Shown in pieces: positions 62,442 to 64,000 of a stretch of 64,000 bases of DNA. Numbering within the stretch: position 1 is the first letter of the stretch; every line of letters starts with the position of its first letter. This DNA is from Seison nebaliae (taxonomy: Eukaryota). The stretch covers positions 62,001 through 126,000 of the forward strand of contig JALJEE010000596.1 in NCBI GenBank assembly GCA_023231475.1. The letters run 5' to 3'. The notes below the pieces were generated by a model. That model was not told the origin of the DNA and did not search any database. It saw only the letters and a program-made list of their open reading frames with translations. A program made the position numbers and the translations under genes.

Positions 62442-64000
62442 TACAATATTCCCATTCCTAATCAATTGATTCCCAATAACGTGATCAAATTTCGTCATTT
62501 AACATTGACCATTGTGTCATAATAGACTAATATGCAAGTGAAATAGCTAGATGGACCTAGCATATGATCATTGAATGATTATGATTTATTTTTAGAATTT
62601 TTCAAATTTAGTCCAACCAAATAAATCTCATGAATAACGATAGTATGGTAGAAGAAATTTGGGAGTGGAATACGAACCTCATGTGACTAAACAGAGTCCT
62701 CACTGAATACCACATTTAATATCGAGGAAATAAATTAAAATAAATTAAATGTATCAATTTAATTAATTGAATTCACGAAAAAAAATAATCGAATAATTCA
62801 ATTTTTTAAAATATTTAAATACAGAAATTAAATTAATGGTCATTCAATGAACTAGAGAAACATTTCTGTATATTCCGTCGTCTAGTTTCGTTTTTTATCC
62901 ACGAATTTCCTTTTAATAAATTGTCGGTCGTATAAAATATGTTTACTTGACAAAAAATCAACCAATATTAATTGATTGATTGTGATTAATCACAATTTTT
63001 TTCAAATTTTCAATGTTTCCCATAAAAACAACTTGAACATTGTATCATATTCTTTATGTTTTTCAAAGTTTAGTCAGTTTTCATAAATTCCTTGGACAAA
63101 GTTTATCCAACTGTTTCTAACAATGATATGATATTTCCCAACCTAAATTTTCATCAGTTACTTTATTGACATTTTCAATATTTTGGAACTAGTAGAAATC
63201 TTCATCTATCCGTTAGAATTACACAAGTTTATTGTGTTCATTATTGTTAGTACTAATCTTTCACATTCTCATCATTTCGTTAAGAGGAATATGTCAGTAA
63301 AACCTGTTTATTTTATATTCCTCCTATGGGGAGTTGGAAATTTTAGTTGTCACTAGAAGAATATTAAAATTCTTGTCAAAATTAATACTTACCAGGTAGT
63401 AATTCCATTTTTAAGAGATTACGTCTTTTTCCAATCATTATGTGATATTACATGATAGCACAGTTAAGTCTCAATTTTGAGAATGTTCTTCCATTTACTT
63501 TGTATTCTTTTTTTATGAGAAATGAGAGATAATAATGTTTATGTTAAGCATATGAGAAGAAAAGTTTTGCTTCCCAAAGAAACAGAGAAAGAGATAAGAA
63601 AAAGTATGTGTATTGTCGTTAATGTTATATAATGCCAAATTGGCCTTGAAAAGAAAGAAAGTAAAATATTTGAAGGCTCTTCTTCTGTAGCTACTACCTA
63701 AGAGTATACGTCGTTTCGAATATTCTTTAATTTTGTTGTTTATTTGCGAATATATTTATCTGAATGAGTTTTCGGTGGTGTATGAATGTCGTGTGGGCCG
63801 TATGTGTGTGTGGGTGAGGATTATTAATTATCTTCATACATTTCATCCTTAGCACATATGGATTGGTTGGGTAGGCGTTGTGTATAGCGATACATTGTTC
63901 AACTTTACATACTTTCCCATATAAGAGAATTATTTGCTTGTTTAGAATTACTATATGAACGATTTGTGATATTGAATAGAATTTTAATATTATTTATGAG

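Noticed and set aside
63385..63400. ATACTTACC resembling the U1 snRNA 5' end
   Set aside because: No U1 stem-loops or Sm site follow; better read as a minus-strand G|GTAAGTAT donor.
1..64000. Alternative genetic code
   Set aside because: TAA, TAG and TGA do not interrupt the long conserved exons, and apparent stops resolve as short introns; the isolated TAG at 52154 and TAA near 53760 are better explained as decay or error.

Overview
Very AT-rich, gene-dense metazoan genomic DNA using the standard code. Introns are mostly 40-70 nt and the proteins carry long N/Q tracts, as in a compact invertebrate genome; the taxon cannot be fixed from the sequence. Hand-spliced genes: 3' part of CLUAP1/IFT38 (two candidate last exons), a Pro-rich WH2-like protein, a ~4400-aa KMT2C/D (trr-type) H3K4 methyltransferase head-to-head with the H3K4 demethylase KDM1A/LSD1, PHAX, a ~2180-aa HUNK-like kinase, two intronless paralogs of no family I recognise, a C12orf56/DUF4551-like protein, a MADF-like pseudogene, tRNA-Lys(UUU) beside a tRNA-Ser-like relic, an NWD-type NACHT-WD protein and a 5'-truncated non-LTR RT. 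Main signals: (1) an atypical splicing code, with 29 of 33 well-supported donors being GTT rather than GT(A/G), +5G in only 7 and AAG acceptors in 9, while the one long intron uses GTATGT; (2) a 183-bp structured, A-tailed insert with a 41-bp direct repeat inside a BED-finger relic; (3) the divergent H3K4 writer/eraser pair. All gene identities come from remembered motifs, not database searches.
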